DNA from: Eledone cirrhosa
Taxonomy: Eukaryota
Length of the DNA: 64,000 nucleotides
Assembly: GCA_964016885.1 (NCBI GenBank)
Contig: OZ024742.1
Coordinates: 184,326,001 to 184,390,000 of the forward strand
Direction of reading: 5' to 3'
Part shown: positions 39,441-51,230 of the stretch, one piece after another
Numbering within the stretch: the first letter of the stretch is position 1
Layout of the letters: every line of letters starts with the position of its first letter
Program-made: the position numbers and the translations under genes
The notes under the pieces: model-generated
Databases searched by the model: none
Told to the model about the DNA's origin: nothing
Seen by the model: only the letters and a program-made list of their open reading frames with translations

Positions 39441-42400
39441 ATCATCATCATCATCATCATCATCAACGTTTAACGTCCGTGTTCCACGCTTGCATGGGTT
39501 TGGACGGGGGTAGTCCCACTTGAGGCAAGAGTGATTGTCTTGCTCGCATAGGACTGTCTGGCAGGTTTTCTACAGTTGGATGCCCTTCCTAACACCAACC
39601 ACATTTACAGTGTGGGTCTGGGAGGTTTTTACCGTGTTGCCTACACGGCCACATTACAGCGTGGACTGTGTGTTTTTTTGTCGTGACACCTACACGATCT
39701 CATTTGTTTCGGCCTGGATGGCGCGGCACCAACATAACTTTACATAGAACGGGGTGGTGTGGATGGGGTGGGGGTGGTGGCGGGACGGGGTGTATTTTGT
39801 TAGAGATGCCTACTGGCAAGGCGGGTCTTCTCTGTTACTGAGTACCGCCAAAGGTCTCGGTCCAGTGACATTGTCTTGGAGAGGTGTAAGTGTGTGAGGT
39901 CGGAGTTTATCAGCTCGTCCCAGGTTTTTCTAGGTCTGCCTATTCCGTGGCTACCGTCTATCTTTATTGCCCTGCACTTTGTTATACAGCTATCGACTTT
40001 CATGCGCATCACGTGTCTATACCAACGTAGCCTTCTCTCGAGTAAACAAAATCTGATCCCTCTTATCTCTAATTTTTTCCTTAGTTCGTTTATGCTTTGC
40101 CGTTCACGTATATTACTATTACACATCCAGCGGAGCATGCAAGCTTCGTTCCTCTCTAGTCTGCGTATATCCTCTGCACACAATGCCCAGGTCTCACTGC
40201 CATGCAACATTGCTGTTCGTATGCAGGCATCGTACAACCTGTCTTTCATTTTTAGGGAGAACCCTTTAGCAGCTAATAGTGGTATAAGCTCTCTGAACTT
40301 TTTCCAACCAGTTCTGACTCTAGCTACAGTACTTTCAGAGCACCCTCCCCCACTGCTGATTTTATCGCCCAGGTAACGGAAGCTGTCCACTATTTCTATA
40401 GAACCCTCTGCGCAATTGAAAGAGCTAGTATTTTGTGGGCACTTGCTGCTACTTATTGCACCAGAACACCGGCCACATGTAAAATCTATGTTCTTAGTTA
40501 GCTTACCTGTGATCCCACTACATCTTTTATGCACCCATACTTTGCATTTAGGACATAAAATGGAGTTTCTACCTACGCCTTTCCTACACACCGAGCACGA
40601 CCATTTCCCAGAAGGGACCGCCGCCTTGTTTTCTTTCCTACAAACTAGAACTTTGGTCTTAGCCAGGTTAATTTTAAGTCCTTTTGACTCTAGGCCGTGC
40701 TTCCATGTTTGGAATTTCTTCTCTAGCTCGGCCATTGATTCCGCTATGAGTGTCAGGTCGTCTGCGTATAGGAGTTCCCATGGGCAGCCTGTCTTGAACT
40801 CCTCTGTTATAGCCTGAAGGGCAATAATAAATAGTAGGGGGCTGAGAACAGAGCCCTGATGGACGCCAACTTTTACGCTAAACTCTTCACTATATTCGTT
40901 GTTAATTCTAACCTTGCTGACTGTTTCTTTATACATGGCTTGTATAGCCCTCACAAGCCATTCGTCAACGCCTAGTTTTCTAAGAGCCCACCAGATAATG
41001 GAGCGGGGGACTCTGTCGAAGGCTTTCTCCAGGTCGACAAAAGCGAAGTAGAGGGGTTTACCTTTAGCTAGGTACTTCTCCTGTAGTTGTCGTACTATGA
41101 AAAGAACGTCTGTGGTGCTTTTGCCTGACACAAACCCGAACTGCATTTCATCTAGGTCAATTCTCTCTCTGATTAGTTGCGCTATTACTTTTTCCGTGAC
41201 CTTCATGACCTGGTCGATTAATTTAATGCCTCTATAGTTACTCCTATCTAGGGCGTCTCCTTTACCCTTATAACAGTTAACGATGATGCTGCTATGCCAG
41301 TCCTTCGGAACAACCCCATTCTGTACGACTTGGTTAACTATGCGGGTGACCATGGTGTGTCCCACCGTGCCAGATGTCTTCAGCATCTCAGCAACTATTT
41401 CCGAAGGCCCAGCCGCCTTACCCGTCTTCATATCCTTGATTGCCTTACTTATTATACTCCCCTCGACTAACACTGCTGGTCCCTCTATTGGGTCGATATG
41501 GGGGAGACTGTCTTTCTCCCATTTATTCTCCTCATTTAGTAGCCTTTCATAGTGACACTTCCAAGCTACCTTCTTATCAGTGTCGGTGATGGCAAGTATG
41601 CCATCATCGTTAAGTACACACTTCTCCCCGACAATATCACGGTTTTCCTTGACGCATTGCCTAGCAATCCTGAACACCTCACGTTTTTGGTCATGCTTGA
41701 ACTTTCTTTCCTCAGCTTCCCTTCTTGCTAAGTACACTTCTCTCCTAGCGTCCCTCCTGGCCACTTGATAGTTTTCTCTACTTCCCCCATCCCGCCATAC
41801 TTTCCAAGCCTGCTTTTTGGCCTTAATTGACCCCTCCACCTTACTGTTCCACCACCATGTTACTCTCCTCCTGCCTACAGGCCTGCTCCAGCCACAGACT
41901 TCGTCTGTCGCCAACAGCAGGTTTGCTTTCAGAAATTCCCACTGTCCCTCTATATTGTCCGACTCTAGATGCTCTTCCTTACTGTCGAAAGCATCAAGTA
42001 ATATGCTTTGAAATTTATTTCTGGCTGTGGGGTCCTTTAGCTTCCATATTTTCCTCCTGAGGATAGTCCTCTTCTGCTGTCGAGTACGTCTCGTCCTGAC
42101 TATGAGGTCGCTAATTATCAGTCTATGTTGGGAGGTGCATTCTTCATGGGGGAGGGATTTAGTGTTTACAACAGACACTCTGTCACGTCTTCTGGTAAGG
42201 ATATAATCTACCTGGCTTGTGTGTTCCCCGGATCTATAGGTGATCAGGTGATTGTCACGTTTTTTGAAGTTAGTGTTACAGATAGTTAGGTTATTTGCAT
42301 CACAGAATTCCAGGATTCTGGAGCCTTCCTCATTTCTAGTACCAAACCCATAGCCTCCATGGATTTCGTCGTAGCCGTCACAATGTTGTCCAACGTGACC

Positions 42401-43240
42401 ATTTAGGTCGCCTGCAATAATTATATAGTCACTGTCAGATATTTGGGAGGTAGTTAGCAACAGTGTCTCATAGAATCTGTCTTTTATAGTGCCGGGCAGT
42501 CCGGATTGGGGTGCGTACGCAGATATTACTGTCACCGTAGTTCTATTGAGGACAAGTCGTATTTTAATTATTCTGTCGTTCACTCTATTTACGTCTATTA
42601 TCTTATCTGCCCACTTTTCTGCTACCATGATTCCTACTCCACCCAGCCCATCGTCGTTTCCCACCCAGAAAAGCTTATAACATCGTTTTTTACCCTCAAT
42701 GAACCTAGCAGACCCACCCCTCCACCTGGTCTCTTGAATACAACAAACATCGACCTCCTTACGTTCAAGCATTTCTACAACATCGTTAGCGCGACCCTTT
42801 AGGGTGCCTACATTTATGGTACCAACTCTGAAGTTTTGGATTGCGTTTGGAGGGTGGGCGGGGGGAGATGGGGTTATGTTAGCCATCCGCGGACGAAACA
42901 AAGAGGAGTGCTCGCATTCTCGTCCACGAGGTGAAATTGACTTTAACTTTGGCATTTTCGCTCTGAGCGTCCAGATTTTTCTCTCCCTTCCACTCTCCAG
43001 GATTCCGCAGTCCGTCCATCCATCCATCCATCCATCGTATATCGAAGGCAACCGGGCAAGCGATAGTATAGGCCTCTGGCTTATGATTGGTCCGCGTAAT
43101 AATAATAATGGTGATGCGTGGGGGGGGGGCTCTGGCTTATAATAATAATGGTGATGCGTGGGGGGGGGGGCTCTGGCTTATGATTGGTCCACGTATTAAG
43201 AATGGTGGTGTGTGGGGCGGGTGGGAGGGGTGTGGGGTAG
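39441..43240 (-). mobile_element. full-length RTE-clade LINE
   Basis: Single long ORF, a 3' UTR with ~40-bp repeats and the terminal motif cccatgcaagcgtggaacacggacgttaaac(GAT)n, and a GC-rich 5' region with a ~40-bp duplication. Confidence 0.93.
39800..42955 (-). CDS. RTE ORF: APE endonuclease + reverse transcriptase with PHD finger insert (40466-40603)
   Basis: APE motifs GTINV, CIQETRW, SAYAP, GDLNGH, DYIL, SQH. RT motifs NYRGIKL, QFGF, FVDLEKAFD, GVHQGSVLSP, YADD, FRYLG. The frame is open up to 43051; the first ATG (MPKLK) is about 42955. Confidence 0.93.
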   Translation of the reverse strand: MPKLKSISPRGRECEHSSLFRPRMANITPSPPAHPPNAIQNFRVGTINVGTLKGRANDVVEMLERKEVDVCCIQETRWRGGSARFIEGKKRCYKLFWVGNDDGLGGVGIMVAEKWADKIIDVNRVNDRIIKIRLVLNRTTVTVISAYAPQSGLPGTIKDRFYETLLLTTSQISDSDYIIIAGDLNGHVGQHCDGYDEIHGGYGFGTRNEEGSRILEFCDANNLTICNTNFKKRDNHLITYRSGEHTSQVDYILTRRRDRVSVVNTKSLPHEECTSQHRLIISDLIVRTRRTRQQKRTILRRKIWKLKDPTARNKFQSILLDAFDSKEEHLESDNIEGQWEFLKANLLLATDEVCGWSRPVGRRRVTWWWNSKVEGSIKAKKQAWKVWRDGGSRENYQVARRDARREVYLARREAEERKFKHDQKREVFRIARQCVKENRDIVGEKCVLNDDGILAITDTDKKVAWKCHYERLLNEENKWEKDSLPHIDPIEGPAVLVEGSIISKAIKDMKTGKAAGPSEIVAEMLKTSGTVGHTMVTRIVNQVVQNGVVPKDWHSSIIVNCYKGKGDALDRSNYRGIKLIDQVMKVTEKVIAQLIRERIDLDEMQFGFVSGKSTTDVLFIVRQLQEKYLAKGKPLYFAFVDLEKAFDRVPRSIIWWALRKLGVDEWLVRAIQAMYKETVSKVRINNEYSEEFSVKVGVHQGSVLSPLLFIIALQAITEEFKTGCPWELLYADDLTLIAESMAELEKKFQTWKHGLESKGLKINLAKTKVLVCRKENKAAVPSGKWSCSVCRKGVGRNSILCPKCKVWVHKRCSGITGKLTKNIDFTCGRCSGAISSSKCPQNTSSFNCAEGSIEIVDSFRYLGDKISSGGGCSESTVARVRTGWKKFRELIPLLAAKGFSLKMKDRLYDACIRTAMLHGSETWALCAEDIRRLERNEACMLRWMCNSNIRERQSINELRKKLEIRGIRFCLLERRLRWYRHVMRMKVDSCITKCRAIKIDGSHGIGRPRKTWDELINSDLTHLHLSKTMSLDRDLWRYSVTEKTRLASRHL

Positions 43241-43242
43241 CT

Positions 43243-43523
43243 AGCTGGAAGGTTATGAATGTTTAACAAGCGATTAACAAAAAGCAAAACTGCAAGATTT
43301 GTTCTGTTCAATACGACAAAAACACCGTATTTAAACCTTAAATAAATAACAAAAAATACAGATTTCGGATTTTGCGAGATTGGATGTTTGGACTATGTAC
43401 GAAATTGAGCGTGGAGTAGATAGAAAAATGTGTACGTTACGATTACATGGGTACACCGTAGTAGGAATAATTGAAGCAGCGATGGATTGGCGAAAGTGAA
43501 TAAACATGAAGGAGAACTTATCT

Positions 43524-43560
<37 letters not shown>

Positions 43561-44184
43561 AGCTAAGAGAGAGAGAGAGGGGAAGGGGAAGAGAGAGAGA
43601 GGGGAAAGGGAAGAGAGAGGGGAAGGGGGAGAGAGAGTGTGGCTGACCGCAGCTCCTCGTGGAGTAGATGAAGGGTGTAGAGCGGATTTTTTGACTTTCG
43701 AAGTAGCATAATATATATATTTAAAGTAATTTATAAGAAGTAGAATGGGAAGGATTTTGCTTTTTGTTTGAGAATACGATAGAATTAAGGAATTGGAGGA
43801 TACGATAGAATTAAGAATGGGAAGGATTTTGTTTTTTGTTTGGGAATACGATAGAATTAAGGAATTTAAGGAATTGGAGAATACGATAGAATTAAGGAAT
43901 TGAGGAGCTGGAAGGTTATGAATGTTTAACAAGCGATTAACAAAAAGCAAAACTGCAAGATTTGTTCTGTTCAATACGACAAAAACACCGTATTTAAACC
44001 TTAAATAAATAACAAAAAATACAGATTTCGGATTTTGCGAGATTGGATGTTTGGACTATGTACGAAATTGAGCGTGGAGTAGATAGAAAAATGTGTACGT
44101 TACGATTACATGGGTACACCGTAGTAGGAATAATTGAAGCAGCGATGGATTGGCGAAAGTGAATAAACATGAAGGAGAACTTAT

Positions 44185-44187
<3 letters not shown>
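43243..44187. repeat. exact 282-bp direct repeat (43243-43524 and 43906-44187), each copy followed by (TA)n
   Basis: Base-by-base reading found no mismatch; offset 663. Confidence 0.92.
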
Positions 44188-44228
<41 letters not shown>

Positions 44229-47200
44229 GAAAAAGAAGAGAGACAGTATCACATATACATCTGCAGTTTATTACATCATCCTATTATGTACATTTCAAAG
44301 ACATCAAAGTCATTATGCATAAATTATTTGATGTGTTGTCATCAGACAGGTATTTAAATGTAATAGTATGTTGTTTTTGTTTTTAATATGCTTGCTATAG
44401 GATGGAACTTGATGTTGATTGTCTGGCTACAAATGAGCATATATTCATATATAAACCAGATGGGAAAGTACTAAAATATAAAATAGAATATAACTACTGT
44501 ATATACCACCGTACAAGTCAACATTTGGAGCCTAAAAATATCTCTCCAAAACCAGGGGTCGACTTGTCTGCCAAATATAAAATGTGGAAGTGTGCATGCT
44601 GCTTCACCTAACCTACACCTCAGAATTTTAGAGGTCGACCTATGGCCGGATCAACTTGTACGCCGGCATATACAGTAATTATCTATTAAAGTGCTGGGAT
44701 TACTCGCATCGCATATCATGCGGCTCTATACAATGATGTGTGTGTGTTAATGTTTCTAATGAAATATGCCACCTATGATTCTAAAGTAATTTTGAAAATA
44801 ATCAAGAATTTGGAAGGATTTAATAATATAATAAAGTTTCTCGTTATTAAGCTGGTATTTGGAGCACAACTGAACAAAGATGTTTACATAAACATTATGA
44901 TGGAAAGTTTTTAGATAGCTTTATATTGTAGAAATAGAGGCAGTTTTAATTGGGGAGGGGGTATCAAAAAGGTTAAAAACGACACAACTGTTACCTTGCA
45001 GTGATAGAAGACAGCATTGTGAAAAAATGGTAAGGTGGGGAAGAAATATGTAAAACTAGTAACCAACTAAATAAATTATAAAGTCTTATTGTTATTAGTT
45101 AAACTAGTTAGGGCAATGGATTGGCAGAATCGATAGAGTGTTGCACACCTTGCTTCGCGACATAGAGTTATGATCCTTTACGTTCGAATTTCAAATCCCA
45201 CCAAGGTTAGTTTTGTCTTTCATCCTTACAGGGTCGATAAAATAAAATACCTGTAATGCACTGGGGTCAATTTAAAGGACTTTCCCCTCCCCAAAAGCCT
45301 TGTGACTAAAGTAGAAATTGTTATAGTTAAACTAGTAACTGAATACTATCTTTTATATATTATTTCATTTAGCATAATAGGTGGATTGGCAGTATCGGTA
45401 GAGGGTCGGACGCCATGCTTTCCAGCATAGTTACGTCCCTTTACGATCTGAGTTCAAATCCCACCGAGGTTGACTTTGCCTTTCATCCTTACGGGGTCGA
45501 TAAAATAAAGTACCAGTAATGCACTGGGTGATTGTTGGCCTTGTGCCTAAAGTAGAAACAATTATTTCATTTAGCATACAGTGTTTAATTTTCTGGTATT
45601 TCTAGAAACATCTTTATGTGTGCACTGTAGATACAAAGAGGTAGAGCATCAGTGGCCAGATTCTAGTTGTATTTCAAAATACTTTTTATCATCATCATTA
45701 TCATCATTTAATATTTGTTTTCCCTGCTAGTAAGGGTTGCAGGTTCAAGCAGAGCTTGTGACCTTTCAAACAGGCTGGGGAAGAAGGGGTCATACCTAAC
45801 ACACATATACTCCCACACTATACTGAGTGCATTTTATCCTGGTACCAGTATTAGGGAGGTTTTCACATCTTTGACACAGCTGAAGAGGCCATAAGACCCT
45901 TTGTTTGGCAGGTTTTCTATGGCTGGATCTCCTTTTATATCTAATAACATATATTCAGATGGGGATGGGGGAGATATTAAATGATGATGGTGATGTTAGT
46001 GATGATATATATAAGAAAAATATAGGCAGAAAGAATTATTACAAAATAATAATAGATTTTTACAAGGTCAGAAATTTAGATTGGTGAGGGAACAGTTGAT
46101 TATATCAATCTCAGTACTTGACTAGTACTTTATTTTATTGGTTCCAGAAAGATGAAAAGCAAAGTTGACTTTGGTAGTATTTGAACTCAGAACATAAAGA
46201 GCCATAATACTGCAGCATTCTATGTTGTATGTTAGATTTTTGTCGTTTTCGATCCCAGTTGTTTGATTATGGAACAGCCTGCTCATGAAATTAATGTGTA
46301 AGTGGCTGAGCATTTCACAGACATGTCCACCTTTAACCTGTTGACTGCCGTGTATATTTTACATGAGTTATCTTGTCCGTGACACTGAAATGCATACATG
46401 TTAGGATGAGTTATCTCATCTACAGCACTGAAGAGATTAATATAGTTCTCAGAACAATTCAATTTAATACTGTGTATAACAAAATTGATTTTTTGAATTG
46501 CAAACACGTCTCAATTATTCTAGCCAAGTGTACTGGAACAGCATGAAGTAAAGTGTCTTGCTCAAGGAAATCGAACTTAGGACCATTAAGCCACATGTCT
46601 TCATCAATTCTGTCAATTCAGAAATAACAATAAAGTAAAATGTCTCTTCCATAGTGTTATTGTTTTATTTCCAACACACAATCTCATATCCACTGCAACT
46701 TTTTTTTTCAGTTTCTGTATTCTGTCTTCCTTCCATCTTACTTCCATCTTTGGTTAATAAATATACACACATGAACATACATACACACACATGCTCACAC
46801 ACACACACATGCATATACACCAACACCTACATACACAACCACATATAAACACCCACGTATGCACATAACCAACATATGCACCACCCACATATGCAAAAAC
46901 ACACACATGCACATAACCCACACATCCACACATGAACACATGCACACTAGCACTTGTTCTCTCCTAGTTGGTGGCTGGTGGTTTTGTATGAAATATTTGA
47001 GCAGGTGTTTTATAATTAAATAGAACAGTTAATGCCAGCCACCTAACCAGGATACACATGTATAGTAGTTGTATAGCAGTCTGTTAACTGGAATAGGGAG
47101 GTGGAGTCCCTTGTTTAAGAACACAATAAGATGTACTTTTTTTTTTTTTTTTACTAGTGTCATTCATTTGATCCTTAACTTCAGAGCACAGTTATATAAT

Positions 47201-47330
47201 GAATATGATTTACAAAAGAGACAAATCTTAATCAAAGGAAGAAGGAAAGAAAAACAAAACAGTGAAGACATACACACTCGATAAGTTGCTGAGATTGTTA
47301 GTGCTTCCCTTTAAAATATTTTGAGGCAAG

Positions 47331-49395
47331 GGGGATAGCAAGGCTAAGGTACTGGAAGAGACAAGCACCTTCACAAATGGCACCTGATACTTCAGTAAGG
47401 CCAGGGGATGGCAAGACTAAAGTGCTGGAATAGCCTAGCACAGCCACCAGCAGTACCACTTAATACTTCAGTAATAATAATGAAATTATTGTGTACAGTG
47501 CTCAGGGGCACTACAACTCGTCAAAGGTGCATGTATAGTACATAGAATAATATACAAATGTCATGGAAGTGAATAGTGTACGAGTCATGATATACATGTG
47601 TGTATGGAGGGGGAATATTAGGTGTAGTGTTGGCGAATCTCAGGAAGCATGGAGGTTTTAAAGGATGCAGTGTCTCGACAGCTAATAACTGATGCAGGTA
47701 GTTTGTTCCATGCTGCAGCAACTCTGAGCATGAAAAAATATTTCCGAAAGTCATGAGAGCTGTTCTGTTTTCTGATTTTGTGGGCATGCCCACGTGTGTT
47801 AGACACATAGAAATCAAAAAGGTACTCAGGGTTGTTGTTGGCAAGATGGTTAATAATTTTGTGGGTGTTTACCTGGTCAGTTGCCAGACGTCGGAGCTTC
47901 AATGTATCCATGCCCAGGGAAGCAAGGCGTTCAGCGTATGGTAGATGCCTGATGGAGGGTATTTGCTTGGTTGCATGTCTCTGAACAGTTTCCAGGCGGT
48001 CAATATTCTGAGCAAGATAGGGGTTCCAGACTTGCAAATTCTAAGTGTGGCCGCACCATAGCTATATAGCTTTAAATAGATAGCTGGAGAGCTAAGACAC
48101 CCTCGACCTTCTTGACAATTTTAGAGACGTGCTTCGTCCAACACAAATCGCTGCAGACCGTAATGCCCAGGTCACGTTCACAAGAAGACTTCTTGATATT
48201 AGTGTTGTGGAGTGAGTATGTGGACGCTGGGTTTTTACTCCCAAAATGCATGGTGGTACACTTGTCCACAGCCAGCTTGAGTTGCCAGTCTGTGATCCAT
48301 TGTTGCATTGTGTCCAGGTCAGATTGCAGGCAAGATCTATAGTGTTCAGGATCAGTCCTTTTTATCTCAAGGTACAGCTTGATGTCATCTGCATATTTCA
48401 GTACTGTGGCATTCTTTAAGTTGGCATCTATGTCATTAATATATGCCACAAACAAAAGGGGGCCAAGAACAGATCCCTGTGGTACACCAGATGACATCTC
48501 ATATGGTGAGGAATGCTGTCCTAGAACCGTGACTACCTCTCTTCAACCAGTTAAAAAGATCATCCTTCACACCCATTGCAGAGAGTTTTGCCATAAGTCT
48601 TTTGTGTGGCACAGAATTGAAAGCTTTAGCAAAGTCAAGGTAAACAACATCCACTCTTGAGCTGCGATCAGTGATCCGGGTGATGTCTTCAAGAAACTCG
48701 ATAAGTTGATCACAGCAGCTGGAGTTAGGGATAAATCCAAATTGCGAGGGCCGGATAAGACTGTGAGAGTTCCAAAGCGTTTCTCTGACACAGGATTCCA
48801 TCAGTTTGTCAATGCAGCTAGTAAGACTGGCTGGACGATAGTTCACAGGTGATGTGCAGTCACCCTTTCTGAACAGAGGAATGACACTGGCAGTTTTCCA
48901 CTGTTCTGGAGTAGCACCGTTGTTCAGACTGAATTGGAAGAAGCATGATAGCTGGTGCATAAGGAAGTACCCACCACGTTTGAGAAGCAGGTACGCAACA
49001 CCATCAAGACCAGGAGAGGCATGGTTGCGTTTATTTTTAAGGTGACGTCGCAGCATTGCAGGTGTAAATTTCATAGTTGTAATTGTAAATTCCATGTTGA
49101 GTGATAGTGAAACTAATGTGCTGGAGGAACCAAGCACCTTTACAAATATCATCTAATACTTCAATGAGGCTAGGTGATAGCAAGGCTTAGGTGCTGTAAT
49201 AGCTAAGGGCTCTCACTAGGAACATCACCTGATACTTCAGTAAGGTTGTGTGATAGTGAGGCTAAAGTGCTGGAATAACCAAGCATCCTCATGAGTATCA
49301 CCTATTACTTCAGTGAGGCCAGGTGATACCAAAGTGAAGGCACTGGAATATCCAAACACACACACCACAAGCATCACCAAATGCTTTGGTAAAGG
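47331..49395 (+). repeat. degenerate ~73-bp minisatellite split by a CR1-like insertion
   Basis: Units g(t/g)gatagcaaggctaa..gtgctggaa..cacctgatacttcagtaagg at 47331 and 47404, then at 49101, 49174, 49250 and 49323. Confidence 0.75.
47472..49095 (-). mobile_element. 5'-truncated CR1/L2-group LINE (RT), frameshifted
   Basis: NYRPASLTS, YLDFAKAFNSVPH, SGVPQGSVLGPLLF, YADD, ERDLG, TRGH, FF..RV...WNKLP, and an (ATT)n tail. Confidence 0.92.
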
Positions 49396-50694
49396 GAGCT
49401 GCCAACAAGGACAAGAACCTTGTTTAAAAAAAAGTATTATATATTTGAAAAGTATTTAAACCCCTGATCTATCTCTTAATATAGACTAATATGTTAATTT
49501 CTCAACTTGCAATGTATACAGAGTAAGAAAATCCCAGTTTAAATGCACAGCTTTAAGTACACAAGTCTAGATTCCTATTCAGAGGTTAACTTTTCAACAT
49601 AAAAGCATAAAAGTATTACTTCTTTAAAAACGACTTTAGTAAGACATTCTTGAGAAGTACAAAACAGCACTGTGACTGTATCACATTAGATATTAAAATC
49701 TTTACTTTAATTTATTGCAAATTTTAACAATAATACATCCACTAGTAAAGATATAAACAATTGAATTAACAAACTCATTTTTAGATAATTTCTGCTAAAT
49801 CATTACAGGAAGTTGCTGAAGATGGAGACCAAGGAAGGCCTGGGCAGAAATTATGAAAGCTGGTCTCAAATTGCTGTATCTGACAGAGGAGATGACAAAG
49901 GACAAGTGGAGGAATGCTATACCAGAAAAGACCAGTCCAACCCATGCAAACATGGAAAAGCAAACATAAAATTATGATGATGATGTTAATAGTTGAATAT
50001 TGATTTTGCTAAGAGCTGCATGACTTCATATTTAGAGTGCTGTTCTTGTGGTAGGCAATCTATAGGGTATCAATATCACTCTGAATTGAAACCAGGACAC
50101 TAGTTGTTTGAAAAATATTGATTTTTTTACATTGGCAATAAATACACAAATTTATAGGAGAGGGATAACATATGTGTTGGACAATGAGTGTTCCAGTTTT
50201 TTTAATGATGGAACAGTTTGCTCATGAAATGAACATGCTAGTGACTGAGCATTCCACAGATGCATGCACTCTTAATGTAGTTCTCATGGAGATTCAGTGT
50301 AACACAGTGTGTAACAAGGCCAGCCATTTGAATTCACTTTTTCCAGCTGAGTGGACTGGTATGTATATATGGACCTATAACTCCTAATCGAGTCATGAGG
50401 GTGCCATAGTGACATACAGCTTGTTTGGGGCATTTTAAAACTTGTTGGAGCCCATCCCTCTGCAGGTCTAAACACAGTCAATTTCCTCCAAGGAGAGAGA
50501 GAGGAAATGAGAAAGAGATATAAAAAGAGAATGGACCCAGTACTAGACTTGTATTTTTTATCAACTTCAAAAGGAAGAAAGAAAAGTTAACCTTGGCTGA
50601 ATTTAAACTCTGAGCACCAAGAAGCATAACAGATACTAAAATAATTAATTAATCCAATGCTCTAACGACTTTGCTAATTCATATATACTAATTC

Positions 50695-51230
50695 TTCTTG
50701 TCACGTCCACAAGAATGTCAGTTATAAAGCTTGGCTAGATGTAGTTCAGCCACAGCTGAACACGTTGCTGCCTTTTTTCATTAAACTCTGCTAAGTCCAA
50801 TGCTGTGCAGGGGTGTTCCAGTATGGGGCATATCAGGAGGTGCTGTGGTTCAATGCCGCAGACACACACAACGTCCCCATCCTTTAAATATTCCCATTTT
50901 GCAAGAGTGACTTTTGCACGTCCAACACCAGATCTTAGTCTGTTTAGGCATTTCCACACTGCATAGTTTGTATCTGCTCCAGTGGGAGTGGGCAGTGCCT
51001 CGCTCGCTTTTAGCTCCACTGTTGTTACTGATGGGAGGTTGTTGAGTTTTTCTTTCCAGCAAGTGACTCTTTCACTACTTATGCTTGATCTTCCAAGGGG
51101 CGTGACACTCTTTAGGAAACTTTTCCTGAATTTAAGGGGGATTTTGGCTGGCACATAGCCGAAGAGAGGATGGTTTTGATCTGTAATCTGTTGTTGACGC
51201 TCTTTCTTGCATATACTAATTGATGATATG
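50695..51230 (-). mobile_element. Vingi/Ingi-like LINE C-terminal fragment
   Basis: LKFRKSFL...WKCLNRLRSGVGRAK..L.KW.....CVCG...QHLLICP zinc-knuckle signature. Confidence 0.7.

Noticed and set aside
39876-43142. Many + strand ORFs (also 23849-24910, 26983-28044, and - ORFs in 29517-31928)
   Set aside because: These are antisense shadows of retrotransposon ORFs.
43051-43240. HDV-like ribozyme in the RTE 5' UTR
   Set aside because: This is known for some RTEs, but I could not build the nested pseudoknot by eye. It needs a motif search.
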